A DNA stretch of 64,000 nt from Candidatus Dormiibacterota bacterium (GCA_035995545.1 DASYKI010000012.1:48914-112913), one strand, 5' to 3'. Positions 36,997 to 46,581 are shown, counted from the stretch's first letter. A program made the numbers and translations. The notes: generated by a model from the sequence alone, not told the origin.

Positions 36997-38406
36997 CTAG
37001 CGGCTGCGCGCTCCCACGGGAGCCCGGCGCGCCACGCCCGCAGCCGCCGCCGCGCGCCGGCGCGCCGCCTCGATCGACGCGTCGAGCACCTCGAAGACGT
37101 GCATCACGGTGACGCCGGGCGCGTAGCGGCGCGCCCCGTCGCGCAGCTGCGTGAGGCACGACACGTTCTCGGTGACCAGCACGTCGGCGCCGGTGGCGGC
37201 GATGCGCTCGAACTTGCGGCGCAGGATGGCCTCGCTGCGCTCCGGCTGCTGGTGGAAGTACACGCCCGCGCCGCCGCAGCACATCGCCGACTCCTCCAGC
37301 TCCACCAGGCGCAGCCCCGGGATGGCGCGCAGCAGCGTGCGCGCCGCGTCGCGATGCTTGCGATCGAGCGGGAGCTGGCAGGGCTCGTCGTAGGTCACCG
37401 TCCAGCGCAGCGTGCCCAGCTCGGCTGTCATGCCCTGCTCGGCGAGGAAGGCGCTGGCGTGCCAGACACGGCGGGCGATGCGCCGCGCGTCGTCGCCGAC
37501 GATGCGGTCGTCGCCGAGCATGGTGTCGTAGTGCTGGTACTGCGAGGTGCAGGAGGCGACGTCGCCGACGAAGGCGTCGACGTCGAGGTCGCGCAGCTGG
37601 GTGACGTTGCGCACGCCCATGTCGAGCATGGCGTCGCGGTCGCCGAGGTTCTTGGCGGGGAGACCGCTGCAGCCCATCTCCGGCACGGTGATGGCGAACC
37701 CGTTGGCGGTGAGCACGCGCATCGTCGACTCGGTGGCGGCGGGATCGGCGAGGTTCTGGTAGCAGCAGACCAAAAAGCCGACGCGTCCGCGCATGGCGTC
37801 GCGGTCCGGCTGGGGCATGTCGCGGGCGCGGTCGTAGGCGGTGCGCTTGTCGAGCGGGCCGACCTGCTCCATCAGGCCGCCGACCGTGCCCAGCCAGCGC
37901 GTGAACCCGGCGCGCCGCAGCAGCGCGTCGACGCCGGTGGCCTGCGACAGCCGCGCCAGGCGATGGAGGAAGCGCAGCGCACCGGGGTTGGGCAGGATGG
38001 CGCGCAATGCGAACGTCTCGCGCCACGGCTGGCCCTGCTGATCGTGCAACTCCTGCCGGGCCCGGGCGACGATCTCGCCGGTGGGCACCGCCGGCGCGCA
38101 GGCGGTCATGCAGTTGTTGCAGGTCAGGCAGGTGCTGAGCGGCCCGTCGGCGATGTCGCGCAGCTCGATGCGGCCCTCGATGGCATCCCGGATCAGGGCG
38201 ACGCGGCCGCGCGCCGTCTCCCACTCGACGGGGTTGACGATGTACGTGGGGCACACCGCCTGGCAGAGCGAGCACTTGTTGCACTCGCTGGCCTGCTGGT
38301 AGACGTCCTGGAGGAAGCGCGGCGTGATCGCCTGCGGGTCGGCGGGCGGCGCGGCCTTCGGCGAGCTCGGGGCGGCAGGGCGCGGGAGATCGGCCAGGTC
38401 GGTCAT
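36997..38406 (-). CDS. (Fe-S)-binding CCG-domain oxidoreductase subunit (GlcF / heterodisulfide-reductase D-like)
   Basis: Two 4Fe-4S ferredoxin motifs (CNKCSLCQAVCP, CLTCNNCMTAC) plus two CCG cysteine-rich domains (FLVCCY, MCCGGAG). Confidence 0.75.
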   Translation of the reverse strand: MTDLADLPRPAAPSSPKAAPPADPQAITPRFLQDVYQQASECNKCSLCQAVCPTYIVNPVEWETARGRVALIRDAIEGRIELRDIADGPLSTCLTCNNCMTACAPAVPTGEIVARARQELHDQQGQPWRETFALRAILPNPGALRFLHRLARLSQATGVDALLRRAGFTRWLGTVGGLMEQVGPLDKRTAYDRARDMPQPDRDAMRGRVGFLVCCYQNLADPAATESTMRVLTANGFAITVPEMGCSGLPAKNLGDRDAMLDMGVRNVTQLRDLDVDAFVGDVASCTSQYQHYDTMLGDDRIVGDDARRIARRVWHASAFLAEQGMTAELGTLRWTVTYDEPCQLPLDRKHRDAARTLLRAIPGLRLVELEESAMCCGGAGVYFHQQPERSEAILRRKFERIAATGADVLVTENVSCLTQLRDGARRYAPGVTVMHVFEVLDASIEAARRRAAAAAGVARRAPVGARSR

Positions 38407-38552
38407 CGCCGCAGATTGTAGGTGCTCGCACAGGGGTGACCGCGACGGGCGCGCCAAACCCCACATATCGCGGTCGAGCGGCGCCGCCACCCCAACCTGC
38501 GGTGGTTCAGGCCCCCAACGCGCCGCGGATACGGGGTAGAGTTGTCCCGGTC

Positions 38553-40193
38553 ATGGGCGGTCCCTACCACCACGAGCCCCTCGCCACCGACGAGCGCGCC
38601 ATCCTGAGCCGCCACGTCACCGACCTGGACGGCCCCGCCTTCGTCCTCACCGATCTGCCCGACACCACCCGCGCCGCCCTGTTCGCGCGCTACAGCCGCA
38701 GTCCCAAGAGCCTGCGCCGCCTCCTCCTCGACGAGTTCATCAAGCCCGAGGTGGGCGACACCCCCGACGCGCTGCTCGCCGCCGCGCAGGCTGAGGAGAC
38801 GGCACCGCACGTCGGCGAGGAGCGGGCCCGCGACCTCTTCAGCCGCGTCCTCTCCGACTACGGCGACGACTCGGTTGCCCAGCTCGCCGGCGTCCACCTC
38901 GCCTGCGAGCAGGTGTCGCAGGTGCTGGCCAAGGCGATCGAGTGGGGACGGCTGGCCGGCTACCTGGAGCAGTCCACTCGCTACATCGCCTACACCGACC
39001 GCCGCGACGGCCACTACCGCTGGTTCCGCGACCCGCGCGTGCTCGCCGACGCCGAGCTCGGCCCCGTGTTCGAACAGGCCATGGACGGCCTCTTCGACAC
39101 CTACGCGTCGCTCATCGAGCCGCTGCGCGACCACCTCGACCGCACCCTGCCGCAGCAGGAGGATCCCGCCGCTCGCCGCCGCGCAGTGCGCGCCCTCGCC
39201 CTCGACCTGCTGCGGGGATTGCTGCCCGCAGGAACGGTGAGCAACGTCGGCGTCTTCGCCAGCCCGCAGGCGTACGAGGCGATGGTGATGCGGCTGCGCG
39301 CCCATCCGCTGCCCGAGGCACGCGACTACGCCGAGCTGATCCTCGCGCAACTGCAGACGGTGATTCCCGACTTCCTCACTCGGCTCGACCGTGCCGAGCG
39401 CGGTGGCGTCTGGGTCGACTACCTGCGCGACACCGCGGAGGCTTTGCACCGCGGGGCGCAGGAGTTGCAGGCGCCGGTCAACGTCGACGCGGCGATGCAG
39501 CGAAGCGACGGCGTCCGCCTGCTGGAGTGGGACGCCGACGCCGAGGACCGCATCATCGCCGCCTCGCTCTATCCGCACACGCATCTGCCCGCCGACGCTC
39601 TGCTCGACGTCGTCAGCGGGCTGCCCGACGAGCGTCGTGCTGCCCTGTTCGCCGCCGCGGTGGGGGAGCGGCGCAACCGCCGGCACAAGCCGGGACGCGG
39701 CTTCGAGCACGCGACGTACACCTTCGAGGTGGTCAGCGACTACGGCGCGTTCCGCGACCTGCAGCGCCACCGCATGCTGACCATCCAGTGGCAGGACCTC
39801 ACCCCCGCACTCGGCTACGCCGTGCCGGTCGAGGTGGAGGAGGCGGGGCTGGGCGACCGCTGGCGGGTCGCGTCCGGGCGGGCCGAGGCGGCGTACGACG
39901 AGCTGCTGCCGCGCTTCCCGCAGCAGGCGCAGTACCTGGTGACCCTGGCCCACCGGGTGCGCTACCTGATCCGGCTCAATGCGCGCGAAGCGATGCACGT
40001 CGTCGAGCTGCGCACCTCGCCGCAGGGACATCCCGCCTACGTCAGGGTCTGCCGCGAGATGCACCGGCTGATCCGCGACCAGGCGGGACACCGGCTGGTG
40101 GCCGGTGCCATGCGCTTCGTCGGCAGCGACGACGTCCATCTGCCCCGCTACGCCGCCGAGGCCGGCCGCCCGGCTGCGGCGCGCGCCGAGTAG
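38553..40193 (+). CDS. thyX: FAD-dependent thymidylate synthase ThyX-like, tandem (pseudo-dimeric) long form
   Basis: C-terminal half carries the ThyX signature (AFRDLQRHRMLTIQWQ = RHRx7S). The N-terminal half has a degenerate copy (LFARYSRS). 546 aa against about 250 for canonical ThyX. Confidence 0.65.
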   Translation: MGGPYHHEPLATDERAILSRHVTDLDGPAFVLTDLPDTTRAALFARYSRSPKSLRRLLLDEFIKPEVGDTPDALLAAAQAEETAPHVGEERARDLFSRVLSDYGDDSVAQLAGVHLACEQVSQVLAKAIEWGRLAGYLEQSTRYIAYTDRRDGHYRWFRDPRVLADAELGPVFEQAMDGLFDTYASLIEPLRDHLDRTLPQQEDPAARRRAVRALALDLLRGLLPAGTVSNVGVFASPQAYEAMVMRLRAHPLPEARDYAELILAQLQTVIPDFLTRLDRAERGGVWVDYLRDTAEALHRGAQELQAPVNVDAAMQRSDGVRLLEWDADAEDRIIAASLYPHTHLPADALLDVVSGLPDERRAALFAAAVGERRNRRHKPGRGFEHATYTFEVVSDYGAFRDLQRHRMLTIQWQDLTPALGYAVPVEVEEAGLGDRWRVASGRAEAAYDELLPRFPQQAQYLVTLAHRVRYLIRLNAREAMHVVELRTSPQGHPAYVRVCREMHRLIRDQAGHRLVAGAMRFVGSDDVHLPRYAAEAGRPAAARAE

Positions 40194-40198
40194 CCGCC

Positions 40199-41614
40199 GT
40201 GAGCGAGGCGCTGGAGGGTCAGACCCGCGAGGAGTTGGAGCAGCGCCTCGCCCACGCCCTGGCGGTCGGCGACGAGCCCGCCATGGCCGCGGCCGACACC
40301 GCGCTGAGCGCCTGCCTGCTCGCCGCCGGCGACGCCCCCGGCGCCCTCCGCCACGCCGAGCGCGCCGTGGCCGCCCGGCGCTCGCACGGCTCCGGCACCC
40401 ACGACCTGGCCCGCGCCCTGGAGGCGCTCGGCCACGCCGCCCAGGCGCTCGGCGACGGCCCCGCCGCCACCGGCGCCTACCTGGAGGCGATGGATCTGGC
40501 CACCCGGCGCCGCCACCGGGCCATGGTCGCCTCGCTGCTCAGCAACCTGGGCACCCTGGCGGCGGCCGGTGGCGACCGCGACCGGGCGCGCGACCTGCTC
40601 GGCGCGGCGCTGAAGAGCGCGCCGCAGCCACGCGCCGAGGCGGCCCGCAGGGCGGAGCTCGGGCTTGCGCGGCTGGAGCTCGAGGACGGGGACGACGTGT
40701 CGGCCGCCCGCCGGGCACTGCGCGTCTTGCAGGGTGGCGCGGAAGGGCACCTGGCCATGCTGTCGGCACGCCTGCTCGTCGATGCGGGCCGCTCCGCGCG
40801 CAACCGCGGCGACGACCAGCTCGCCCGGCACCGCTACGAGTTCGCCCTGCCGGTGTTGCGCAGCGACGCCACTCCTGCGCCGCTTGTGGACCTGCTGGCC
40901 ATGCTCGGCGGCGTCTGCCGCGCGGGTGGCGACCGGGTGGCGGCCCGCGCCTACTGGGACGAGGGGGTGGGCGCCTGCGCCGACGAGCAGTCGCTGCTGG
41001 AGGCGCGCTGCCGCCTGCTGCGCGACCTCGGCACCCTGTGCCTGCACGACCTGTCCGACCCCGGCTCGGCTGTGCTCTACCTCGAAGCCGCGCTGGCCAC
41101 CGCGGAGGAGGTCGGGTTGCTCGATCTCGTCGCGGAGCTCGGCGGGCTGCTGCACGAGACAGCCGGGCGGCTGGGCGACACCGCCGGGGCAGCGCGCTGG
41201 CGCGCATTACAGACGCGGACTGCGTTCGCCACCGCAGTCGCCGGCGTGGCGGCGGAGCTCGTGGCCGGCGTCTCCCGCGTCTCCGACCTGCCGACCTACG
41301 TCCTCGGTGACACCGGCGGCCGTCCGGAGACCGTGCGCATCCCCGGCGGCCGCCTCGGCGACGGGCTCATCTGGCGCCGCCGCCTCGCCGCCGAGGTCCG
41401 CCGCGCCGCCCCCCGCGGACGCCTTGCGGTGCTTCGCGCTGCGTCGCCCGAGATGCTCCACCTCGTCGTCCTCGACCGCGACGGCACGCTCGCCCGCGGC
41501 GCGGTGATCTCGCCCGGCGTCCGTCCCGACCGGTGGCTCCGCGTCTCCGCTCCGCCCAGCGGCGACCGCCTCATCGAAGCCCTCTGGAGAGCCCTGAAAA
41601 TCGGCCCGTCCTGA
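40199..41614 (+). CDS. Ala/Arg/Leu-rich TPR-like helical repeat protein (hypothetical)
   Basis: Repetitive helical hairpin pattern (ALRHAERAV...YLEAMDLATRR...). GTG start 6 nt after the thyX stop. Confidence 0.4.
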   Translation: MSEALEGQTREELEQRLAHALAVGDEPAMAAADTALSACLLAAGDAPGALRHAERAVAARRSHGSGTHDLARALEALGHAAQALGDGPAATGAYLEAMDLATRRRHRAMVASLLSNLGTLAAAGGDRDRARDLLGAALKSAPQPRAEAARRAELGLARLELEDGDDVSAARRALRVLQGGAEGHLAMLSARLLVDAGRSARNRGDDQLARHRYEFALPVLRSDATPAPLVDLLAMLGGVCRAGGDRVAARAYWDEGVGACADEQSLLEARCRLLRDLGTLCLHDLSDPGSAVLYLEAALATAEEVGLLDLVAELGGLLHETAGRLGDTAGAARWRALQTRTAFATAVAGVAAELVAGVSRVSDLPTYVLGDTGGRPETVRIPGGRLGDGLIWRRRLAAEVRRAAPRGRLAVLRAASPEMLHLVVLDRDGTLARGAVISPGVRPDRWLRVSAPPSGDRLIEALWRALKIGPS

Positions 41615-41641
41615 GCCCTTCGCAACTATGCTCAAGCCCCC

Positions 41642-42247
41642 ATGAGCCTCTTCAGCCGCCGGCCCACCGACCCCCGCGTCGCGGCCGACCCTCACCGCCT
41701 CCCCCCGGGCCAGGTCCTCACCGAGAAGTGGCCCGTCCTCCACTACGGCTCGGTCCCGAAATATCCAGACCTGACGGACTGGCGCCTGCGCATCACAGGC
41801 GCCGTCGAGCGGCCCCTGACACTCAGCTTCGATGAGCTGAAGTCCATGCCCAGCATCGACGTCCCCTGCGACATCCACTGCGTCACCACCTGGAGCCGCT
41901 TCGACAACGTCTTCACCGGGGTGAGCCTGTCCGCACTCCTCGAGGCCGCCGGCACGAAGCCGGAAGCCCGCTACGTCGTCTTCCGCTGCGCCCAGGGCTT
42001 CACCACCTCCATCCCCATGGAGGTTGCCCGGGAAAAGACGAGCGCCGTGGTGTGGGCGCACGACGGCGCCCCCCTGGCCCCGGAGCACGGCTACCCCCTG
42101 CGCGCCCTGGTCCCCGACAGGTATTTCTGGAAGAGCGCCAAATGGCTCGAGGGCATCGAGGCGGTGGAGCACGACGAGCTCGGCTTCTGGGAGCGCAACG
42201 GCTACAACAACTCCGCCGACCCCTGGCTGGAGGAGCGTTACTGGTAG
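41642..42247 (+). CDS. Sulfite-oxidase-family molybdopterin-binding oxidoreductase domain protein (MsrP/YedY-like), soluble
   Basis: Moco-domain blocks (WRLRITGAVERPLTLSFDEL, DIHCVTTWS, FRCAQGFTT, HGYPLRALVP, WKSAKWLEGIE); no signal peptide or TM. Confidence 0.7.
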   Translation: MSLFSRRPTDPRVAADPHRLPPGQVLTEKWPVLHYGSVPKYPDLTDWRLRITGAVERPLTLSFDELKSMPSIDVPCDIHCVTTWSRFDNVFTGVSLSALLEAAGTKPEARYVVFRCAQGFTTSIPMEVAREKTSAVVWAHDGAPLAPEHGYPLRALVPDRYFWKSAKWLEGIEAVEHDELGFWERNGYNNSADPWLEERYW

Positions 42248-42297
42248 GCGACGCCCCGAGTGGCCGACCTCGCCCGAACCTGCGCTATGCTTTCCAC

Positions 42298-42657
42298 ATG
42301 ATCAACGTCTCCGAGACCGCCCTCAAGCAGCTCTCTGACCTCGTGTCCCAGGAGACCCAGCCCGTGGGACTGCGTGTCTTCGTCCAGCCCGGCGGTTGTT
42401 CGGGCTTCTCGTACGGCATGGGCCTCGACGAGAATCCGCCCCGCGTCGACGACGAGGTCGTCGAGATGAGCGGGCTGCGGGTCTACGTCGACAGCTTCTC
42501 CGCCCAGTACCTGGAAGGCGCCGAGATCGACTTCGTCGACCAGATGCTCGGTGGCGGCTTCACCATCAACAACCCCAACGCGACCAAGACCTGCGGCTGC
42601 GGCCACAGCTTCCAGACCGCCGACGGGGCCGGCGAAGCCAAGGCCTGCGCCCACTGA
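42298..42657 (+). CDS. erpA: Iron-sulfur cluster insertion protein ErpA / A-type carrier
   Basis: GGCSGFSYGMGLDE ... CGCGHSF three-Cys A-type carrier motif. Confidence 0.8.
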   Translation: MINVSETALKQLSDLVSQETQPVGLRVFVQPGGCSGFSYGMGLDENPPRVDDEVVEMSGLRVYVDSFSAQYLEGAEIDFVDQMLGGGFTINNPNATKTCGCGHSFQTADGAGEAKACAH

Positions 42658-42711
42658 CCTCTCCGGCCTGACCGGAGCCTTCGGAGGGGGGACGGCCGGG
42701 GTACGCCGAGC

Positions 42712-43062
42712 GTGATCGTCCATCAGCGGCTGGCCAATGCCATCCTCCTGCTCAGCCTGGTGGGCGTCGTGTGGGCCGCGCAGAACGCGCTGCGCCGCCG
42801 CGTCAGCCCCTCGCTGCGCGCCTACCTCATCCTCACCGAGCTGGCCATCGTCGTCCAGGCGATGGTGGGAATCGTCCTCTTCGCCACCGGGCATCGCCCG
42901 CAGCAGGGGATCCACTGGTTCTACGGACCCGCGGTCCTGCTCAGCCTCCCGGTGGCGCGCTCGCTGACCATGCGCGGCGACGAGCGTCGCGAGGCACTCG
43001 GCCTGCTGCTCGGCTCGCTGGCGGTGTTCCTGTTCACACTGCGAGCCATCGGCACGGGGTGA
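42712..43062 (+). CDS. Hypothetical integral membrane protein
   Basis: Four predicted hydrophobic helices; no motif recognised. Confidence 0.4.
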   Translation: MIVHQRLANAILLLSLVGVVWAAQNALRRRVSPSLRAYLILTELAIVVQAMVGIVLFATGHRPQQGIHWFYGPAVLLSLPVARSLTMRGDERREALGLLLGSLAVFLFTLRAIGTG

Positions 43063-43212
43063 GGCGGCTCTGTCTGCGGGCTGCGCGGTCGCGTCCGTGT
43101 GGGGCCTGCATCGCGCTGCGGGAGAGCCGCGCTAGACTGCAAAGCGACCTCGTCGCGCGGTCGCGACCGCGGGAGCGACGACCGTACCAGCCGTCCTGAG
43201 GACACCCAGCGC

Positions 43213-44226
43213 ATGACGGGAGCCGGACATCCGGCCTCGCGTCCCCACGCGGCGGTCGACGCGGCCGAGGGGACCCGCATCGTCGCCCTGGCGGGCGGGG
43301 TCGGCGCAGCGCGCTTCCTGCGCGGCCTGGTGCGCGTCATCGACCCGTCGTCGCTGACCGTCGTGGTCAACACCGCGGACGACGTCGAGCGCCACGGCCT
43401 GTGGATCTCTCCCGACATCGACAGCGTGCTCTACACGTTGAGTGGCCTGCACGACGAGGAGCGCGGTTGGGGGCTGCGGGACGAGACCTGGACCACGTTG
43501 TCCGCACTGTCGGCGCTCGGTGAGGACACCTGGTTCCAGCTCGGCGACCGCGACCTGGCGACGCACATCTGGCGCACCTCCCGTCGCCGCGCCGGCGTGC
43601 CGCTGTCCGCGCTGACCGCCGAATTGGCTCGGCGACTCGGTGTCGCGGTGCGCGTCCTGCCGATGAGCGACGACGTGGTGACCACCCGCATCGCCAGCCC
43701 CGGCCTGGGCGACCTGCACTTCCAGGAATACTTCGTGCGCGAGCAGTGCCGCCCGCCGATCTCCTCGATCCGCTTCGAAGGGATTGCGGCGTCGCGCCCG
43801 GCGCCGGGTGTTGTGGAAGCGCTGTCGTCGTGCGATGCAGTGATCGTGTGTCCTTCCAATCCTGTGATCTCGATCGGGCCGATCCTGGCGGTTCCCGGCG
43901 TGCGCGCTGCGCTGCAGGCGGTGCCGCGCTGCGTCGCGGTGACTCCGATCGTCGCCGGCGAGGCGTTGAAGGGACCGGCCGCGGCGATGCTGCGCCAGCA
44001 GGGTGTGGCCGTGAGTGCTGCGGGGGTTGCCGGACTCTATGCCGACTTCTGCTCGGCGATGGTGGTCGACCGCCGCGACGCGCCGGTTGCCCGCGAGGTC
44101 GAGGCGCTCGGGTTGCGGGCAGTCGTGACCGAAACTGTGATGGCATCGCTGGCCGACGCGGTGTCGCTGGCCGGCGTGGTGATGCAGACGGTGCGCGACG
44201 ACTCCGGTCCCGCGGTGGCCGCATGA
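43213..44226 (+). CDS. cofD: 2-phospho-L-lactate transferase (F420 biosynthesis)
   Basis: CofD/UPF0052 blocks (LAGGVGAARFLRGL, VVNTADD, PSNPVISIGPIL). Confidence 0.8.
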   Translation: MTGAGHPASRPHAAVDAAEGTRIVALAGGVGAARFLRGLVRVIDPSSLTVVVNTADDVERHGLWISPDIDSVLYTLSGLHDEERGWGLRDETWTTLSALSALGEDTWFQLGDRDLATHIWRTSRRRAGVPLSALTAELARRLGVAVRVLPMSDDVVTTRIASPGLGDLHFQEYFVREQCRPPISSIRFEGIAASRPAPGVVEALSSCDAVIVCPSNPVISIGPILAVPGVRAALQAVPRCVAVTPIVAGEALKGPAAAMLRQQGVAVSAAGVAGLYADFCSAMVVDRRDAPVAREVEALGLRAVVTETVMASLADAVSLAGVVMQTVRDDSGPAVAA

Positions 44227-44882
44227 GCGTCGCCCTGGTCATCCCGGTCAAGGCGACGGTCGGTGCCAAGCAGCGCCTGGCATCGCGCCTGGGCCCCGAG
44301 CAACGCCGCCTCCTCGCACTGGCCATGGCGGGCGACATGCTGCGCACGGCGACGCGCGCTGTGCTGCCGGTGCGCATCGTCGTCGTGACGGGAGACGAGG
44401 ACGTCGCGCAGCTGGCCACGCGGCACGGCGTCGCGGTGGTTCGCGACCGCTCGGCGGGGCAGAGCGCGGCGGTGCGTCTCGGCGTCACCTGGGCGCGCGA
44501 CCACGGGCACAACGCGATTGCCACGGTGGCGGCCGACTGTCCCCTCGCCGACCTCGCCGACCTGCGCTCGCTGGTTGCCGCGGCGGGACGCCCGGGCCGC
44601 TACCTGCGCTGCGTCCCCGATGCGGCCGGAACTGGCACCAACGCGGCGGCGCTGCGTCCGCTGGACTGCGACGTGTGGAGCTTCGGGCCGGCGTCGCTGG
44701 CGCGACACGCGGCCGCCGCCGAGCGCAACGACCTGCGCTTCTCGGTGCTCGACCTGCCCACGCTCCGTCCCGACTGCGACCGTCCTGAGGATCTCGACAT
44801 CATCCGCACGATGCGTGCACCGGCGGCGACCTTCCATGTCCTGCGCCAGTTCGGGCTGCTCGACCGGCGGGCGGCGGGGTGA
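44223..44882 (+). CDS. cofC: 2-phospho-L-lactate guanylyltransferase (F420 biosynthesis)
   Basis: MSVALVIPVKATVGAKQRL N-terminus typical of CofC/FbiD (MobA-like NTP-transferase fold). ATG overlaps the cofD stop (ATGA). Confidence 0.65.
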   Translation: MSVALVIPVKATVGAKQRLASRLGPEQRRLLALAMAGDMLRTATRAVLPVRIVVVTGDEDVAQLATRHGVAVVRDRSAGQSAAVRLGVTWARDHGHNAIATVAADCPLADLADLRSLVAAAGRPGRYLRCVPDAAGTGTNAAALRPLDCDVWSFGPASLARHAAAAERNDLRFSVLDLPTLRPDCDRPEDLDIIRTMRAPAATFHVLRQFGLLDRRAAG

Positions 44883-44892
44883 GCTGCTAGCG

Positions 44893-45699
44893 GTGACCGA
44901 GGTACAGTTCGGGCGCCCCCAGGTGGGCGTGTGGGCGGCGTCGGCCGTGTCATTGATGCCGGTGCGCGGGATTCCGTCGGTCGTCGCCGGCGATGACCTG
45001 GCGGCGCTCGTCGTGCGTGGGCTTGCCTTGTCGGGGATTGCGCTGCAGGCGTACGACGTCGTCGTGGTGACCCACAAGGTGGTGAGCAAGGCGGAGGGGC
45101 AGGTGGTGTCGCTGTCGTCTGTTGTGCCGTCGTCGCGCGCGGTCGAGCTCGGTGTGCAGACCGACAACGATCCGCGGCTGGTCGAGGTGATCCTGTCGCA
45201 GACGTCGCGAGTGTTGTCGACGCTTCCCGGCGTGCTGGTGTGCGAGACGGTGCACGGGTTGGTGTGCGCCAATGCGGGGGTGGACCGCAGCAACGTCGAT
45301 GGGGGAGACGTGGTGACGCTGCTGCCTCGCGATGCCGATGCTTCGGCGTCGGCCTTGCGCGATGCGTGGTCGGGGTTGTGCGCTGATGGTGGTCCGCTTG
45401 GCGTCGTCATCTGTGACACGTTCGGACGGCCGTTCCGTGAGGCGGGGGTGAACGTCGCCATCGGCGTCGCGGGGATGCCGGCGATCACCGACTATCGCGG
45501 ACTGCCGGACACGTCGGGGTATCTCATGCGCGCCTCGGCGCTGGCGACGGCGGACGAGATCGCGTCGGCGGCGGAGCTGGTGATGGGCAAGGTGGACGAC
45601 GTGCCGGTCGCGGTGGTGCGGGGGCTGCGCTGGGCCGGCTCCGGCGCCGGAGCCGGTGAGCTGCAGCGCGATCCCGCGCGCGACGTGTTCCGGCCGTGA
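44893..45699 (+). CDS. cofE: Coenzyme F420-0:L-glutamate ligase (stand-alone CofE)
   Basis: MPVRGIPSVVAGDDLAALV...CANAGVDRSNVDGG...ICDTFGRPFREAGVNVAIG matches CofE. No C-terminal nitroreductase domain as in actinobacterial FbiB. Start uncertain (GTG 44893 or ATG 44956). Confidence 0.7.
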   Translation: MTEVQFGRPQVGVWAASAVSLMPVRGIPSVVAGDDLAALVVRGLALSGIALQAYDVVVVTHKVVSKAEGQVVSLSSVVPSSRAVELGVQTDNDPRLVEVILSQTSRVLSTLPGVLVCETVHGLVCANAGVDRSNVDGGDVVTLLPRDADASASALRDAWSGLCADGGPLGVVICDTFGRPFREAGVNVAIGVAGMPAITDYRGLPDTSGYLMRASALATADEIASAAELVMGKVDDVPVAVVRGLRWAGSGAGAGELQRDPARDVFRP

Positions 45700-46454
45700 T
45701 GGAGACGGGCGTGCGTGTCGAGGTGCTGCTGTTCGCGCGGCTGCGGGAGATCGTCGGGGCGCCGTCGTGCACGGTGGTCGTCGACGGAGCTGCCGCTGCC
45801 TCGGCTGATGGGGCCAGTGCCACGCCCGGTCCCCGGTCCGATGCTCCGGTGACCGCCCGGTCTGTCTGGAACTCGCTCGTGCTCGCCCACCCGCGGCTCG
45901 CCGGCGCCGACGGTGGCCTGCGCGTCGCCGTCAGCCAGTCCTACGCCTCCTGGGAGACCCCGGTGAGCGCCGGAGACACGGTGGCCTTCATCCCCCCGGT
46001 CGCCGGCGGCTCCGGCGCGGACGCGGGCAGTGTGCACGTCTGGCTGACCACCGACCCCCTCGACGCCCGCGCCGTCGAGGACCTGGTACGCACTGACGAG
46101 GACGGCGCTGTCTGCACCTTCACCGGGGTGGTTCGCAACCACGCGGATGGGCACGCGGTGACCGACATGGACTACGAGGCCTATCCCGGCATGGCCGAAT
46201 CGGAGATGCGTCGCATCGCCGAGGAGGCGCTGCGCCGCTTCCCTGCCACCGCCATCGCGGCTGTCCACCGCGTCGGCCGCCTTGCCATCGGCGAGGCCAG
46301 CGTCGTCGTGTCCGCCAGCGCCCACCACCGCGCCGCGGCCTTCGACGCCTGCCGCTATGCCATCGACACCCTCAAGGCAGAAGTCCCGATCTGGAAGAAG
46401 GAGCACGGCCCCGACGGTTCGGTCTGGGTCGACGAGCGCCTGCGCGCCCACTGA
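45696..46454 (+). CDS. moaDE: Molybdopterin synthase MoaD-MoaE fusion protein
   Basis: N-terminal MoaD-like (VRVEVLLFARLREIVG ... AFIPPVAGG; the C-terminal GG is present). C-terminal MoaE (TTDPLDARAVEDLVRTDEDGAVCTFTGVVRNH, EVPIWKKEHG). ATG overlaps the cofE stop. Confidence 0.75.
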   Translation: MMETGVRVEVLLFARLREIVGAPSCTVVVDGAAAASADGASATPGPRSDAPVTARSVWNSLVLAHPRLAGADGGLRVAVSQSYASWETPVSAGDTVAFIPPVAGGSGADAGSVHVWLTTDPLDARAVEDLVRTDEDGAVCTFTGVVRNHADGHAVTDMDYEAYPGMAESEMRRIAEEALRRFPATAIAAVHRVGRLAIGEASVVVSASAHHRAAAFDACRYAIDTLKAEVPIWKKEHGPDGSVWVDERLRAH

Positions 46455-46505
46455 CCATCCTCGCGGGGCCCGCCCTCCACCCGGGTATCCTGTGGATCGC
46501 TCCGA

Positions 46506-46581
46506 GCGGGAGTAGCTCAGTTGGTAGAGCGCTAGCCTTCCAAGCTGGATGTCGCGAGTTCGAGTCTCGTCTCCCGCTCCA
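46506..46581 (+). tRNA. tRNA-Gly (anticodon TCC), CCA encoded
   Basis: Manual fold: acceptor GCGGGAG/CTCCCGC, D-arm GCTC-AGTTGGTA-GAGC, anticodon arm CTAGC-CTTCCAA-GCTGG (anticodon TCC), T-arm GCGAG-TTCGAGT-CTCGT, discriminator T, then CCA. 76 nt. Confidence 0.9.

Noticed and set aside
36755-40139. Minus and plus long ORFs (569, 517 and 578 aa) overlapping the Fe-S oxidoreductase and ThyX
   Set aside because: Alternative frames of confidently called genes; composition-driven.
41642-42247. Periplasmic MsrP/YedY system
   Set aside because: The Moco domain lacks a Tat signal and no YedZ-like heme membrane partner is adjacent. Annotated only as a soluble sulfite-oxidase-family domain protein.
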